Source: Acidobacteriota bacterium (lineage in GTDB: Bacteria; Acidobacteriota; Vicinamibacteria; Vicinamibacterales; UBA2999). From it: DNA of 25,398 nucleotides. Both the position numbers and the translations under genes were made by a program. Below, one piece after another: positions 23,812-25,398 of the stretch. The notes under the pieces are model-generated. The model made no database searches. It was not told the DNA's origin and saw nothing but the letters and a program-made list of their open reading frames with translations. Every line of letters starts with the position of its first letter. The stretch's first letter is position 1. The stretch is taken from positions 1 through 25,398 of the forward strand of contig CANIAI010000001.1 in assembly GCA_947465275.1 (NCBI GenBank), given 5' to 3'.

Positions 23812-25233
23812 ATGGTGAGCCTGACCATGCAGTGGGTCGCCGCCGCGACGGCGGGTCACCTCGCCGCCGGCGCGCCCGACGCAGCCGTGGGCCGGGTCGT
23901 GACCGACTCGCGAGCCCTGGCACCCGGTGACTTCTTCGTCGCACTGCGCGGCGCACGATTCGACGGACACACGTTCGTGGCAGACGCGGTGTCGCGCGGC
24001 GCGTCGGGCGTCGTGGTCGACGCGGAGTGGGCGGCGTACGGGCTGACGCCGCTGCTCGACAGCATCGGCGACCGGCCGGCCGGCGTCCTGGTCGTCACCG
24101 ACACGCTCGTGGCGCTGCAGGACATGGCCCGGGTGCTGCGATCCGGGGTCGGCACCCGGGTGGTGGCGATCACCGGCAGCGCGGGCAAGACCACGACCAA
24201 GGAAACGATTGCCACGTTCCTCGCCGCGAAGCACCGCGTCGTCCGGAACAAGGGCAACCTGAACAATCACATCGGCCTGCCGCTCTCGCTGATGGACCTG
24301 CGCGAGGAGCCGGACGTCGCCGTCATGGAACTCGGCATGAACCACGCGGGCGAGATCCGGACGCTCGTGGGCATCGCCGACCCCGACGTCCGGGTCTGGA
24401 CGAATGTCGGCGACGCGCACCTCGGCCACTTCGAGTCGGCCGACGGGATCGCCGACGCCAAGGCCGAGATCCTCGAAGCCGCGGAGCCCCGGGATCTGCT
24501 CGTCTGCAACGCCGACGACACGCGCGTCATGGCCCGGGTCGGTGCGTTCCCCGGGCGCACCGTTACCTTCGGCTTCTCGCAGTTCGCGAAGGTACGCGCC
24601 GTCGACGTCGAGTCGAGGGGCATCGCCGGCATGCGCGCCCGGTTCGTCACCCCCGCGGGCGAGCAGGTGATCGAGACGGGACTGCTCGGCCGCGGCAACC
24701 TGCAGAACGTGCTGGCCGCGACGGCCGTGGCGCTGGAATTCGACGTGCCGCTCGCGCGCATCGCGGAACTGGCCGCCGACCTGCGTCCCGCCAGCCGGCG
24801 CGGCTCCGTCCACCGTCTCGAGCGAGGCGTGACGCTGATCGACGACTCGTACAACTCCAGCCCGGCCGCCCTGCGGCGCGCGCTCGAGGTCGTGCGGCAG
24901 GAGCCGGGGGCGTTCCGCAAGATCGCCGTGCTCGGCGAGATGCTGGAGCTCGGCGCCCACGCCAACGGCCTGCACGAATCATGCGGCGTCGAGGCGGCGG
25001 GTTCCGGACTCTCCGCCCTCGTGGCCGTCGGCGGCCCCCCGGCGCGCGAGCTCGCCTCGGCGGCGGTGCGCGCGGGGATGCCGGCGGACGCCGTGTATTA
25101 CATCGAAGAGAGTGACGCCGCGGCCGAGCGCATGGAACATCTGCTGCGCGCGGGCGACCTCGTCCTCGTCAAGGGATCGCGCGGCTCGCGCACCGACCTC
25201 GTGGCGGACCGGATCGTGGAGGCCTTCGGCTGA
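23812..25233 (+). CDS. murF: UDP-MurNAc-tripeptide:D-Ala-D-Ala ligase MurF
   Basis: TDSR, ITGSAGKTTTKE, GNLNNHIGLPL, MELGMNHAGEI, DDSYNSSP, LGEMLELG, VKGSRG. Confidence 0.97.
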   Translation: MVSLTMQWVAAATAGHLAAGAPDAAVGRVVTDSRALAPGDFFVALRGARFDGHTFVADAVSRGASGVVVDAEWAAYGLTPLLDSIGDRPAGVLVVTDTLVALQDMARVLRSGVGTRVVAITGSAGKTTTKETIATFLAAKHRVVRNKGNLNNHIGLPLSLMDLREEPDVAVMELGMNHAGEIRTLVGIADPDVRVWTNVGDAHLGHFESADGIADAKAEILEAAEPRDLLVCNADDTRVMARVGAFPGRTVTFGFSQFAKVRAVDVESRGIAGMRARFVTPAGEQVIETGLLGRGNLQNVLAATAVALEFDVPLARIAELAADLRPASRRGSVHRLERGVTLIDDSYNSSPAALRRALEVVRQEPGAFRKIAVLGEMLELGAHANGLHESCGVEAAGSGLSALVAVGGPPARELASAAVRAGMPADAVYYIEESDAAAERMEHLLRAGDLVLVKGSRGSRTDLVADRIVEAFG

Positions 25234-25398
25234 TGCTCTATCACCTCCTGTACCCGCTGCACACGACGTTCGGCGTGCTGAACGTCACGCGCTACATCAC
25301 GTTCCGCACCGCCGCGGCCAGTCTGTCTGCGCTGGCGATCAGCCTGGTGTTCGGTCCGTGGCTGGTGCGTCGTTTGCGCGAGTTCCAGATCGGGCAGG
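25233..25398 (+). CDS. mraY: Phospho-MurNAc-pentapeptide transferase MraY (5' fragment, runs off the right edge)
   Basis: TGATG overlap with murF. Translates as MLYHLLYPLHTTFGVLNVTRYITFRTAAASLSALAISLVFGPWLVRRLREFQIGQ, the typical MraY N-terminus (YITFR...QIGQ), at the canonical position. Confidence 0.92.
   Translation, partial: MLYHLLYPLHTTFGVLNVTRYITFRTAAASLSALAISLVFGPWLVRRLREFQIGQ

Noticed and set aside
1-25398. CRISPR arrays, IS/integrase genes, tRNA/rRNA
   Set aside because: No spaced direct repeats, transposase or integrase motifs, terminal inverted repeats or RNA-gene signatures were seen; nearly all sequence is accounted for by CDSs.

Overview
This is GC-rich, gene-dense bacterial chromosomal DNA. 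The protein style (FtsL N-terminus, ABC permease tail, fused E1) suggests Acidobacteria such as Vicinamibacterales, which is an inference. No mobile element, CRISPR array, tRNA or rRNA was seen. There are four blocks. (1) 1-7005, minus strand: a tightly coupled run of fused 2-oxoacid dehydrogenase E1 alpha/beta, a secreted beta-propeller, an ABC ATPase, an ABC permease, a DDAH/ADI-superfamily amidinohydrolase and a FadN-like 3-hydroxyacyl-CoA dehydrogenase that runs off the left edge. A KdgF-like cupin is transcribed divergently. (2) 7472-12289, minus strand: envelope genes encoding a stand-alone secretin-N0/STN-like secreted protein, a double-GNAT, YqeY, MurJ and a rhomboid protease. (3) 12402-18296, minus strand: a sugar-modification cluster of GT4, two GT2s, an atypical SDR with NxxxK in place of YxxxK, a DegT aminotransferase and an ArnA-like SDR. 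(4) 18507-25398, plus strand: the start of the dcw cluster (mraZ, rsmH, ftsL, ftsI, murE, murF, partial mraY), behind a near-consensus sigma70 promoter overlaid by MraZ boxes. The best candidates for undescribed biology are the amino-sugar cluster with its Tyr-less SDR, the orphan N0/STN protein, the GNAT-YqeY-MurJ trio and a sigma54-type promoter on the rhomboid gene. All functional calls come from motif reading, without database searches.
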